A stretch of 54,267 bases of DNA, filler included, from Sluysia triapertura (Eukaryota), in NCBI GenBank assembly GCA_046118255.1. It is 4 parts of 4 records of this genome, joined end to end, with 100 filler letters (N's around TTAATTAATTAA, not from the genome) between each part and the next. Parts side by side here need not be neighbours in the genome. Positions count along the whole stretch, not along the records: positions 25,548 to 39,308 come from JBJNIA010021736.1; 3 more parts are not named here. The stretch is one strand, 5' to 3'. The notes under the pieces are model-generated. The model did no database searches and was not told where the DNA came from. It saw nothing but the letters and a program-made list of their open reading frames with translations. Shown here in pieces: positions 25,448 to 38,183 of this stretch; the first letter of the stretch is position 1, and every line of letters begins with the position of its first letter. Position numbers and translations under genes: made by a program.

Positions 25448-27189
25448 NNNNNNNNNNNNNNNNNNNNNNNNNNNNNNNNNNNNNNNNNNNNTTAATTAAT
25501 TAANNNNNNNNNNNNNNNNNNNNNNNNNNNNNNNNNNNNNNNNNNNNGTATTTAGTGAATAAATGTTGTGAATTGTTTGAGCTGGATGTAGAAGTTTATT
25601 AAGTTGGAAATGGTTGAGATATAAATTGATTTGTTGGTGTATATAAGTTAGTGAGGTGTTATGATCGTCAAATATTATTTTATGAGGTTTGTGATGTTGT
25701 GATTCTGAATTGTATTTTAATGAATTGTATTGTATTTTAATGAGATTAGATTTATAATTATTAGGTTTACATTTAAGTTATAGATGTTGACCACTACATT
25801 TTGAATAAGTTATAAATATTTCCAACTTGACAATTTCGATTTTGTTACACAAGTTTCATATTTGATTTTGAATTAATTTGATTGATATAAGTTGACATTT
25901 TGCATAAACCTTCGACCTGCGTAAAATGTTTTATTCGAAATTCTTGTTTTTGGAATATCATACAATATCGTAAAATAAATTAGAATTACAAGTAAATAAA
26001 TATGTCCAGAACCTTTTAAGAATGTTTTAATTAAATATCTACAAAAAATATGCGGAATTGAATATATGCATATCGCCCTCAAATATTATTTAACATTTAA
26101 ATATGAGTTATGCGTTTCAATTTCCTGTTATGTATTATTAAATGGAACCTGAGAAAAAGGATCTGTAGCAGGAATATCATATTAAATGCTTTCAAGAGCC
26201 ACAAATAAATTTTTTATTAAATATTAAATAATGTATTATTAAATTTATTAAATAATACATATTGTGATAACCACATTACTAAATAATAAGAAATTTAATG
26301 ATAGAAAATAGTAATAAAAACATCACTAATAATTCTATTTATATTTTTAGTACACTATTAATAATTTTAACTATATTTTATTTTAATTTCATATAAAAAT
26401 TTTAACTAATTGAAATAATTTATGAATTTTTTTGAATTTATAACGATGACAATTTTTATTTTTCAATTTATTTCTGTTAATATAAAATTTATAATTCCAT
26501 GACAATTTTATTTTTATCGATATTTATGGTTATACAACGGACACCTATATTAATTTAAGAAGTAAAGTAATTTATCAAAAAAAGATAACATCGATTTCAA
26601 GAGTAACAGATTAAATACAAATCTTTTCGAAGAACACTTTTACATACCGAAGTTATATTCGAAATATCGATGGAAGCTCTTCATATCTTGGTATTGTATC
26701 TTTATGAACGATTTAATCAAATTACTTATTTCATTTCTCTGCAATGTAGTAAGTTTTTATTAAATAGGAATTTTCACCTTCTTAAACTGTTTACTTAAAC
26801 TATAGATAATTTTTAAAAACTAGTACCAAACTGTGATTAAAATATAATTCAATATTAGGTAATCATCCTAATATTTTAAATTTATAGCCATAAGATATTG
26901 ATTGTAGCTTTTAATCTAGTTGATTAATTGTTCTTTGGATTTATCTTAAAATCATTTACCATTTGCAACTAAGATTATATATATATATATATGATTCTAT
27001 AAATATTTTATATTTTGTAAATTTTTTATTCTTATTACAATTAAACTTTAAAAAATAAAAAATATTAAATAAATTAAAAAAAATTTGTAAAATAAAAAAT
27101 ATTAAAAAAATATTAAATATTAAATAAATTTAATAGAGTTTAATAAAATTGATTTTTTAAATTTTGTTTTAACTAATTATTCTAACAAA

Positions 27190-27805
27190 ATGAAGAATCA
27201 GTAGAAATATGTAAGCTTAATTTAATTTTGAACGCAATGATTTTTCAGAAATTAATAAGGGATTTCTTGGAAAATTTTTTAGAATTGAAATTTTTGGAAC
27301 ATTCATCTTATTCATTTTTGGTTCTCCATGCACAAATAATTCACCGTAAGGGAATAATAAAATACAGGCAATATAATTTTTTCTTTTTATGCAACACCTT
27401 AAGAATGGTTGCGAAACTTATTACTAAACTTAAATAACAGCCAACCGTGGTTGTGCTTGTTAATAAAATTGTTATCATTATAATTTTTTATAACCCATTA
27501 AACTCTTTAAGCATTCTTAGTTGTAAATAATATACCTTACGTGAATTAATTTGTCTTTATTTACTAGAAGGGTTTAACAAATTTATTAAATTGATTTTTA
27601 AAGCAACACCTTAAGAATGGTTGTGAATTTTAACCTAATTAAATAATTTCCAGTAAGCAACTAATTCAGATATACGCATTATAAAGTGTAAGTTGACCTT
27701 AAAGTTTAAAAGTAATTAAAATCCTAATAGCACGTCTTCAACAGTAGTATAAACCATGTATATTAGGCGGACTGACTCTTTAAATATTTTGTAAGATTAA
27801 GTTCT
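27190..27805 (+). ncRNA. Unclassified structured repeat family, copy C
   Basis: GCAACACCTTAAGAATGGTTG occurs twice (27391, 27603), plus CCAACCGTGGTTG (27441) and the terminal module 27718-27803. Confidence 0.65.
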
Positions 27806-28459
27806 TTAATAATACACTTACAATATATAAAAACTTTGCAATTAACCAAAAAGTTTGTTATAAAGTAATTTATAAATCTTATTGCCCTAAAGTCTTATTA
27901 TTAGACCATACAGCGAGAAAATATCCTTATTAAATAAAACCATTTTTTAGATAATCGTACAGGATCATCATGTAATACGTAAAACGTGTCTTGTAGCCGA
28001 ACCCAGAGATTGAAAATTTATTATTCATTCCATTTCTGCATGTTTTAAATTAAGTCATATTTTATCCGAAAAATTTACTACTTTAAACTTTGAATTATAA
28101 TTTAAAGCCGCCTTATGGCCTGGCGAAACTTTTATTAATAAACTGAATACCGTGATCTCCCCCTGGCATTATAATTATTAATTATAATTATTCTTTAATC
28201 ATTTAATTAAAACTACACGTTAACTTCTACCTACGAGATAACTCGCAGTTGGCAGCGAACGTGTTAATTAAGGTCATAAATTTGAAAAAAATAAAGCATC
28301 AATGTATTTGTTAAACCTCATCATTTATCAATAAGAAACTATACTGGTTAATACGCTGATTAAAAATCGCATGACAATCACAAATTGTAGCAAATCTTTG
28401 ACAAATTACTATTATGATAGTGACGTGATTGATCTTGGACTTTTATTATAATCTAAAAA

Positions 28460-29204
28460 GGTATTTATGAATTTAATCTCACCTGCATTGGTATTGCTGT
28501 GGATTGGTAGAATACATTCATAGAATTGCTTAATTTGATTACAAAGATCTAAAATAGTTTTCATTCCTTTTTTACTACACGCTCATAGAACTGTTTCAAT
28601 AATTTAAGATGAATATCTTCGCCTTTATTAACACACCTCTAAGATTATTAATAAATTGTCCCTGAGTAACTTTATCAAGGAATTGTGATAATCAGTTTGA
28701 AGCATAATCAATACATATTCAAGTAAAATCAACAGTAATTCATTATAATAATTTGAATTACTTTTTTGGAAACTTTTTCTACAATTTTTTTGTCTGAAAA
28801 ATTAATTTCCCATGTTTAAATTTAATTTATTCGTTTCAATGTCACATATATCTTTACATTCATCAACTAAATTAGATTTTATACGATGTTTACTTGCTTC
28901 GACTTCTTTTATACATTGATCGTTGATATTAACGTTGATGTAACTTAGAACATGTAGCACAAGAAAAAATAATGGATAATTTTCTGTCTTAAATATTTCG
29001 TACAAGAGTATTAATGATACTAATAAATGCTCCGTAATACCATGTAACCGAACATGTACTTGCAATCGAAAAACTGCATAAACAAAGCAGAAAAATTGTT
29101 GATAAACAAGCTAAAAAAATATGAACGTTGATAAACTTTGAGTAGAAGACCACAGGTGATGTTTTAGGTAAAGCATTTAAATCAGAATTATCAGTTGAAT
29201 TCAT
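28460..29204 (-). pseudogene. Possible disrupted membrane-protein coding region
   Basis: ATG-initiated hydrophobic ORF (MNSTDNSD...HIFLACLSTIFLLCLC) with an overlapping frame-shifted ORF and stops. Family not recognised. Confidence 0.2.
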
Positions 29205-31899
29205 TGTAATAACATCTATTTAAGATTTCAAATTTTAAATACAAATTTATTATAATGAAAAAAATCTCTTTAGCTTCTTAAAAACGTCACTTATCTTTTT
29301 TAAACACAGTATTTAAACAAAGTATTTAAAGACAAAGGTAGATGCCAATTGCCACATAGCAAGTTAAGATCATTCAGATCACAACGAATATTGAATGTTA
29401 AGGAGGATGTAAAATGTTTAAGACTTATGTGATTTAAATTGAGGATTTTATTATTATGTTATGAGAGAAAGTTTTGTTATAAGCTGATTTTGTAATACAA
29501 TCATATGTAATGAGTTGGACAATCATATAAGTCACCAGCGGACAAATCATTCCATTACTTGGTGGCTAAAATCATAAGGTAATTATGATAAAGCTCGTGA
29601 TATCTGTTCGCAGATTTAATTCAACTAATATTATAATTTAGTTAATTTACGCATCTTTTATTACCTTATATTATAACTAGAATGTCATTGTATGTTATGT
29701 CGTCGTATTACAAAGAAATATTGTGCAACAGTGTTTCCTATAGTCTTCGTCTTCGTTTCCGTTATTTGTATTTCTTATTTGATTCTTCATCTTCACCATT
29801 GCCTTCTTGCTCACATGCAGAACTCCGAAAAAAATCATTCTTTATCATGTAGCGATAATTCCAATAAAGAAAGCACCGGCATTGATATTTATGGGTTAGT
29901 AAGACCTGTACTGAATTTACCGTCAGGTTTTACTAAGATGCACAAACAAAGTGACTTAAGTATCACAAATAGAAGTATTAAAATTTACAACCCTTTTCTT
30001 AAGAAGGTCTTTCCTAAAAACAAGTGTTAATAAATTTAATCAACATATAGACTTAATTTGTACATTATTTTCGTCGTTATTTTAGAAGCATGCATCATCC
30101 ACAAATTCGAACAAATGTCAAAACTTAAATCTTTTTTATGTTTCTCTGGATAAATTCCTTTCTGAAGGAACTATCGTCCTTTTTGAAAATTCTTTGCTTA
30201 AGCTCAATAAGTTGAAGAGTGAGCTTGAGACTAATCTCATCTTTTCTTTGTTAACAGATCCCGCATTACCTTAAATGGCTTCGACACTTTCTATGTAACT
30301 GTTGTTCTGGAGTGGTAAATGTAACACTTATTATTAAGGGGACATCCCATTTTCTGCTGGTGCAAGATTCCATCTTTCCTCATTGTCAGAATAAATTACC
30401 AAAGCAGAATAACCAGAATGATACAATAATAATTATTATTAATACTAATTAAACTTAATAAAATTAAAACACTTAATTGAAATTAATAAAATTGAATATT
30501 TTCTTTTAGATCAAAAGTATTTGACATGTTTGCTGCCAGCTACGAGTTACTTCATAAGTATAAGTTTGTTTTTGTGTCGCTCGGCAGATAATTAATAAAA
30601 TATTTAACTAATTGAAAAAATTGATAAAAAAGCAATATTTACGTTTATTTTGCTAGATTTGTCGATCATAAATATTGATTTTGTTAACATGTAACTTAGT
30701 AATATTTATTAATCAATTATAATTTTACTTGTTTAATCTGTATAAAAGCTAAAATAAAAGCACTCAAATCACAAGTGAAAATTCTTACGGAAATATAAAA
30801 AATTTCTTCGATCCATTTCTTCTAAGAGCACAGTCCAATACGACTTACGTTCTATTTTGCTTCTAGTAATAACTGTGAAAGTATAGTGAAAAATATACGT
30901 AAATGAAAGTGGAGATTTGAGTTTAAGAAACAGTAAAAGTGTGAAAGGGAAAAGTAATAAATAATAAAGATAATATAATAATAATAATTCATAAGTATAA
31001 GAATAAATTAATGCGAAGACTAACGTTGTAATACGTTAATCAATTATATAAGATAGTTTAAATAATATCAATTAAAAATACAAATAAATAGTTTAATAAA
31101 TTTTAAAGTTCAAGTCGGATTTAAATTAATATTTTGATTTCAATGTAAGTTAAGTCTGCAATATAAAAGCACATTTAGTAGAAAAGACGGATTTTATGTA
31201 ACTTCAACTCAAGCAATTATACTAAACAATTATACAAGTAACGGTAACAATATAACGCACATCTTCAACATTTTCTGATAGACTCAAATTTCCACAACCG
31301 ATATAAATTTAGTTTAATAATCCAATTTTATTATGGTGGATTCCAAATGCCCAAAATCATTCATACTTTGTATGTTTATCATGTATTTCTAATATATACT
31401 GAATTCAATTAACCATAAACAAATCAATTAAAAGGATATTATATGGCAACACGAAGTTATCGATACAATCAACTAAACTAGAAATATATGTTATTACTGA
31501 GATTTGGTCGATCTATTATTACCAAATTACTTGATCGTAAGCTGTAAAGGATTGTTTGAATTCAAATTGCATCAAGTTAAAATAACCTAGGAATTAACGA
31601 ATAGATTTTCATATACAGTATTATTGGATTAAAAGTAAGCCTTTTATATTCTTCGATTATTCTAATAACCTAGAAATAAATTCTCATTAGTGATGTTATA
31701 GAAGAAATCCTATAGAAAATAATTCACTTATTATATGAAAAATTTTAAAGTTAAATTAATATTACAAAATACAAGTGTGATTTTAAATTATACAATAATA
31801 ATCCACGAAATATTCGTGTTTAATTCTTACCTTTAGAAAATTCTCAAAATCCGAAATGCAAAATCAATAAAACATTCGCCAGTCACATCATTTACTTTG

Positions 31900-32950
31900 A
31901 CGAACTTCACACATCATTGATCATAAGTGACTTAAAGGCTTATCCCAAAGGTCAGGATTCTATAATCATCGCAACAGCTAGAAGAACATTGAAAATCTCT
32001 ATTTTTGTGAGGCACGTATCCAGATTTAGAGACAATCTACCAGATAATTACATAGTTAGAATTGTAGATGAATTTCCCACATCTTTCTTTTTTTCAATTA
32101 CCAAAAAGTAAATTAAATATAAAGTACTAAATAGTCGAATCCAGGACAAATTAAATAAATGGCAAAACGAATTACTTTCACTCATTTGCCTTATACAGCG
32201 ATGTTGAACAAAGATAATCTCGTATTGTCCATTCGCCTTATTATAAAATGTTCCATTCACTATAAACATTGAAACCATGCATCCGAATAAATAATTTCTT
32301 TACAATCATTCACGGAATGAAGGAATATGTTTTGAAAGAGGCCAAGGATATCTGACATTCACCAATATTGGTTTACGTCTTTGTATAAAACGTTTGTTTC
32401 TTTACTTCCAGACCTGATTATTAATACGTTCCACATTCTATAAGGTTGGTACTAACCTTGTTTCGTTTGACTCCTTTGATCCAGTCACACGGCGAGAAAA
32501 GCGATGAAACTGCTATATCCTTTTCTACCACTAGCTTCATGTTTACAAACATACGATCTTATTGCACTTTTTGATCTAATCCTTGCCAGAGATCCATCAT
32601 TTTTACCAAAGATAGTGGAATGCTCATATGTTCATAATAATGATTCAATCTGTCATTCAACTTCTTGCTGAACAGACAATTCATGCAATAAATTTAATTT
32701 TATAACACCTATACATTTTAAGCATAAACTTTCATCATCACAAACAATACGTGCTTCATCAAAAAATCAAATACGTACGCAAAAATCACAGAAACGTAAT
32801 GAAGTATAAACAAAATATAAACACACAGTTGCACACCATCCCAAAAATCATGAGCCTACTCCTCCACTAGATGACGAAGGTGCCACAGCAAGATAGATTT
32901 GGATGATGTTTGCGATACTGAAGAACAGATAATCTAAAACAATTGGTCAG
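31900..32950 (+). mobile_element. Decayed retroelement, possibly an L1/Tx1-clade ORF2 fragment
   Basis: 'KVLNSRIQDKLNKWQNELLSLICLIQ' resembles the post-RT KIxxKLxxWxxxxLSxxGR motif; many stops. Confidence 0.35.
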
Positions 32951-33344
32951 ACTTTGGGAGATGAATTGTTTGGATGTGTCGATAACATAATCATGCTAGA
33001 CTTTAACTCTGATTATATGTGATGTCATCATCTTTTAATTATAATTAGTTGTATAATTCTCTATTTTATCTCGTTCAGTTTATGTTCGTTTTAAAATTGG
33101 TGACTAATTTTTCCAAAGGAGAAAGTTACATGCCAGTAAGGCTAACGTGATTAAATAAATCATGATATAACCGCGATAATAATATTTAAACATAACGTGA
33201 TAATAATAAGTTAAATTAAATAATAATAATTTATATTGAAATTAGATAATGAAAAATAATAATATTAAATAATTAATAATAAATTAATTTAAAAAAATAA
33301 TAATAATTCATAGAATATTGAAGTTAAAATTATTGTTTATTTCT

Positions 33345-34115
33345 AAACGGAAATTCAAACAATAACAGATGGTAAAAAGCTAATATAAATAATGATCGTA
33401 TGATTAATAACTACCACAACTGGTTTATCAAATATTTAGCTCAATTTTTGAATAATTGGGAAAACGTCCATAATCTTGAAAACATACCAACAGTACTTAT
33501 GTTCTGGAAATAATAATACTTGAAAATTAAATCACGCCAACTTTTTGATTTAAGTTTTGTATCTCTAAGAGGTACTTAAAATCAACGTAATATCTTTTTA
33601 TAAACTTCATCTGACCATTTTAAAGAGGTCAATAAAATATAACTAAAATTTGATTTATCAATTAAAGTTTTAACTTTAATCGAGCAAAATTATTAAACGC
33701 TTTATTATTATCTTGTACACCTTAGTTTGTTAAAAATTATTTTTTATTATTCTAATACGTATTGCCATGAGCGTTATTTAATATTTTGAGATAAAATCAA
33801 AATCCCATAGTTTTAAAATCATAAAATAATTACATTATCTGTTTTAAAGGGTTGTTTTAAATAAACCCATAAATTATACTTTGTCAGTCCTGTTTCATAT
33901 AAGGACTTAAATTACTTTATAAATAAACTAAAACACAAAAATAAAATTTTTAATAGAATTCGAGAACTATTGAAGGAATTAGCAAAATAATAATTAAATA
34001 GTGCAATTAGTTTTAAGTGACCTTCTTAACTTTTACATTTTCTTTATGAACCCTGTGAACAAGCCCTTAAGTAATTCTTGGATCACAAGCGGACTTACCG
34101 AACTTTTAAGTTTAA
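33345..34115 (+). ncRNA. Divergent member (copy F) of the structured repeat family
   Basis: A-rich leader, serial short hairpins (tgacc..ggtca, gggtt..aaccc, agtcc..ggact) and terminal TGTGA-CAAG/CTTG-TCACA-AGCGGACTTA with the same topology as copies B-D. Confidence 0.4.
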
Positions 34116-35078
34116 TTCAAAGAAACTACAATAATATTGATCAAATGAATTTAACAGCAAACTCACAAGATAATCGATACCCAAATTTGATTAATCAAAT
34201 AATTCGGCAATCAATTCATTATTTAAATTAAATAATTTAATTTAAACAATTTCTGCAAGATACAATTTACTTCCTTTTAAAGTTAGGTGAATTTTAATGT
34301 ATATTTATTTTTAGAACCTACTAAGAACCCACTGAGAATACCAGAGCTCTAAGTTGTTTCATTTAGTTTTTCAAGTTTTGATTAATTTATATTTTTAATT
34401 TTTTTATATATTAATCATGATTCTTAGAGTACAAAAAATCGAGAAGCGTTTTACAGAATTACTGAAAATGCAATTAGAGAATATCCTGAAGTTTCGTTTA
34501 TAAATTGCATTCACACGACTTTTTTTAAATCTAACAAACATTTTAATAAAATAATATAAATTAATTTACACTTAGATAGATCACGTTTCAGAAATTTAAT
34601 TACTATTTAAACAAGAATTCACCCCTTTTTGATATTTTTGATTAATTGATGTACTAAAGAGAAATTTCGCAGTTTTATTTTTAGCTTATCATGTTAATAC
34701 TTCCTGAACCATATTATTGAAATGATTGATATTAAGAATATAATTAGCACTAGGACACATCTTCAAACTCATCACTTTAAAACTATTTTAAATATTACTG
34801 AATTTCTCACTTAACTTATTATCTCTTAAATTTGTAAATAGTGTAACAATTATTACATAAAGGTAACTTTATTATAAATGTAACCGTTATTTTTATTTTA
34901 AAATTTCTATTTTTCTCTGCATTAAAAAAAGAGAGCATTTGTTTAGTTTTCTGATGTATTGAGTGCATCAATTTTATTAATTTGGAAATAAAATTGAAAA
35001 GGTTAATCAGCGGCGCACTATTAAATTAAATTATGTTAATTTAAAATTGAATTCGTCTAATTAAATATTCAAAAATAC

Positions 35079-36482
35079 TTGTTCGACAAGGTCTCCTGAT
35101 TTACTAGGTTCGATTAATGAACTTGTATCTTCATTATTTGCTACACGCATCATAAGTTCTCCATCTCGATCCATTTCCAAACTTCCATTTTTTAAGTACT
35201 GTTTTCTCATATAATCCAATTTATCAAAATCTTCTTCACCGTCATATACAACATTATCAATACCGGCTTCATCTCCCATTTCTTCTATATTTAATAAAAC
35301 CGGACTATATGAATTATGATCATAAATTTCCCGTCCGGTTTCTTTATCTTCCTTCATAACAATTGATTCTTCAATAATATTAGGTTCTTCTTTAACAAAT
35401 TCAGCACCACTTGGGAATAAAGCATCTACTGTTAAACCTTGTTCCATTTTTAATTTATTTAAATTAGCTTGTAAATTAGAAAGATGGCGTTGATGTAAGC
35501 GACGACGTGCTATGATTACTCGGGCTTTCCTAACAAAAAATTCATAAAAATCTAAATTTGTGTGTTTCGTGTCACCAGTTTCAATTACAGATTTAGCTTT
35601 AGAAACCAAACTCTCAGCTTCTTCTATGCTGCTTTCTTCTACTTCCTAAAAAAACATTTTTAGTATATATTAATAGCAAACTTTAAATAATTCATCTATA
35701 GTGTCATCAGATAAATCCGGATTTATTGATACGTTTGGTTCCAATCTTTCTATTTCATTTTCCGTTATTGCTAAAACATCTTCCCAATATTGTGTATTTT
35801 TTCCGGGTTCCATATTACGATAATATTCATTAATGTCTACTCTCAAATCTTCCAGATCAGTTCGATTAAGACCCAATATAAATTCAGTAGGCTCATGATT
35901 TATAGCATCAACTTGTGCAGAATTTAAGTTTTCTTCTTCACATACATATTCAATCAATAAATCTATCGGCTTTGCACGACCATTAGATATACGAATTTTT
36001 GATCTGGAACGAGCTTGTTCAATGTCAAAATGAGAATCAGATTTTCTTGCAAGATATGTCTCAGCCTCTTTTGCTCTTTGTATTAAATCTTGTTCAAGCA
36101 TTCTTTCTTCTTTAATCCTTTCATGCTCACGAATTCTTTTTTGAATATTTTCTAATTCTTCCTTACGTTCTTCTATTGATTTATTTATTTGCTGTTTATT
36201 CTTTTTCCAAACAAATTTATCTGTTAAATTTGGATCCAAGAATGGGTTATTGTCATTACTGTACCCAAATATTTCTGTATTATTGTCTATACCGAGTCTA
36301 TTGCGAAATCCTCTGGAATCATAATTGTCATTTCTAGGAATTTTCTTTTCATAATTTATAAAGTCTTCATTTATTTCGTCATTATCTGAATATTTATGTT
36401 TGGAATTTTTATCGTTACTGTGCTCACATTCTTTGGATCGATCTCTATGACGTTTTTTGGTTTTTTTATGCTCACTCTTCAT
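35079..36482 (-). CDS. CACTIN: Cactin (spliceosome-associated), N-terminal and mid domain; exons 35682-36482 and 35079-35645
   Basis: 'FGYSNDNNPFLDPNLTDKFVWKK', 'FDIEQARSRSKIRISNGRAKPIDLL', 'HEP', 'DLEDLRVDI', 'YWED', 'ARRRLHQRH'. 36-nt GT-AG intron at 35646-35681. Confidence 0.93.
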
Positions 36483-36785
36483 ACCCAATTATTAAAACAA
36501 ACAAAAATACAAATTGAATTGAATACAAAATAGAATTAGAATATGCATTTAAAAAATTAAATTAATAATATATAATTTAATACACGCTAATATCTGCAAT
36601 ACATTAAGTATTCAAAATCATATACATTTTAAACATTAAAGTTATAATAATTTAATAAATTAAGAATTAATTTTAAAAATTATTTAAATACAAAATTAAG
36701 GCTGTCATAATTACCTATATCATTATAAATTTTTTTTTAAATATTTTTAATATTTGTTTTAATAATAACTTCAGTATAATTTCAA
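36483..36785. promoter_or_regulatory. Short, extremely AT-rich divergent intergenic region (likely bidirectional promoter)
   Basis: About 300 bp between the cactin ATG (36482, -) and the RPB11 ATG (36786, +). Confidence 0.65.
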
Positions 36786-37185
36786 ATGTCGAATATACCT
36801 GATAAATTTGAGTCCTTCTTATTAGCGGAAGGAGAAAAAAAGTAGTTTCAATATTGAATTTTTTAATTATATAGAGTAATAATTGAAAGTGAATTGAAAG
36901 TAACTAATGCAGCAATATTTACTATTAATAAAGAAGATCACACAATAGGTCATATGTTAACAAGGTAGATTTATTACTGTAATAAACTTTAATAGTCAAT
37001 TATTGCGTCATCCGAAAGTTCGGTTTGCTGGATATAAAGCACCTCATCCACTTGAACACAGCATAATAATAAGAGTTCAAACGACATCAGATACAAGTCC
37101 TCTTGAAGTATTCAATGATTCCATTACAGATTTGATTAGTGAGTTGTCAAGTATGGAAGAACAGTTAAAAGAATATCTAAAATGA
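36786..37185 (+). CDS. POLR2J: RNA polymerase II subunit RPB11; exons 36786-36841, 36875-36964, 36996-37185
   Basis: Spliced '[19 protein letters not shown]|[30 protein letters not shown]|[29 protein letters not shown]...'. Introns are 33 and 31 nt; AATAAA at about 37206. Confidence 0.97.
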
Positions 37186-37985
37186 ATTATTTGTATATGA
37201 GTATCAATAAATTATTTAAATTGAATTATATTTGTTCAAGTATTTTTAATAAGACTATTGAATTATGAATAACTTTTCTTATGTAAAATAATTGTAATTC
37301 TTTGCTAAAACAATAAATGAATAGTCGTATTTAATTTCAAGCGCTTTCTTTGATATTAAGTAATTTTTTCAAACTTGCACTATCTACTTAATTTAGTGTT
37401 TTAAAAATTGGCTAAACTTCTTGTAAATTGTAATATTAAAAATAAGTATTCTTATTTAAGCTGTAATTATGTGCTGTTTAAAAAGATTCAGAGTAGTTGA
37501 GGTAGTGATTATAAATTAACAGAAGTTAATAATGGCATGATGTAAGATAGAGATATTGCCTCTACGTGCGTGATTACTGTAAATAGTAGATCCTGTCGAA
37601 TGTCTGACGTACAAAAAATTTTTAATTACTCAGTAAATGAGGGTACAACTTATACAATAATTAAAACCAAAAATTCACAACTTTTATTAACTATTAAATA
37701 TTACAATTTGGCTTACAAAATCTAAAGAGTAATAAAAATAGAATGAAATTTAATTGTAAAGTTTGTTAAAATTAAAAGTAATGACTAGTACTTAACTTAT
37801 GATTAAATAGGATTTTTCATGTATTTTACTCCTCAATATATCGGGAAACCTTACACTTAAATGAAAAATATTGGGATTTTTAGTAAATTTTAGGATATTA
37901 AACTTAAGCAAAATTATTATCGACTTAATAGAAATAAATTACTTTTAACATAGAACTGATATAGGATTCATTAAAATAATAATCA

Positions 37986-38117
37986 AATCAAAATGGCCAT
38001 TTTGATTACACTGATGCTAGTTTATATACTAGTCATGAGCCAATGAAAATCGATGGAATGTTCTAGAATATTCTAGAAGCTTCTATTCTATTTTTAGAAG
38101 CTAATTTTCTTTTTTGG
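37986..38117 (-). promoter_or_regulatory. Heat-shock promoter cassette, copy 1 (6x nGAAn HSE, CCAAT box, TATA, YY1-like motif)
   Basis: gGAAt gTTCt aGAAt aTTCt aGAAg cTTCt at 38055-38084; CCAAT at 38040-38044; TATATAAA on the minus strand at 38021-38028; GCCATTTT palindrome at 37986-38007. Confidence 0.75.
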
Positions 38118-38183
38118 AAGGTAATTATTTTATAAGTGATTTTAATTGATTTTAAATAATAAAGGTGTTTTTAACTAAAACTC

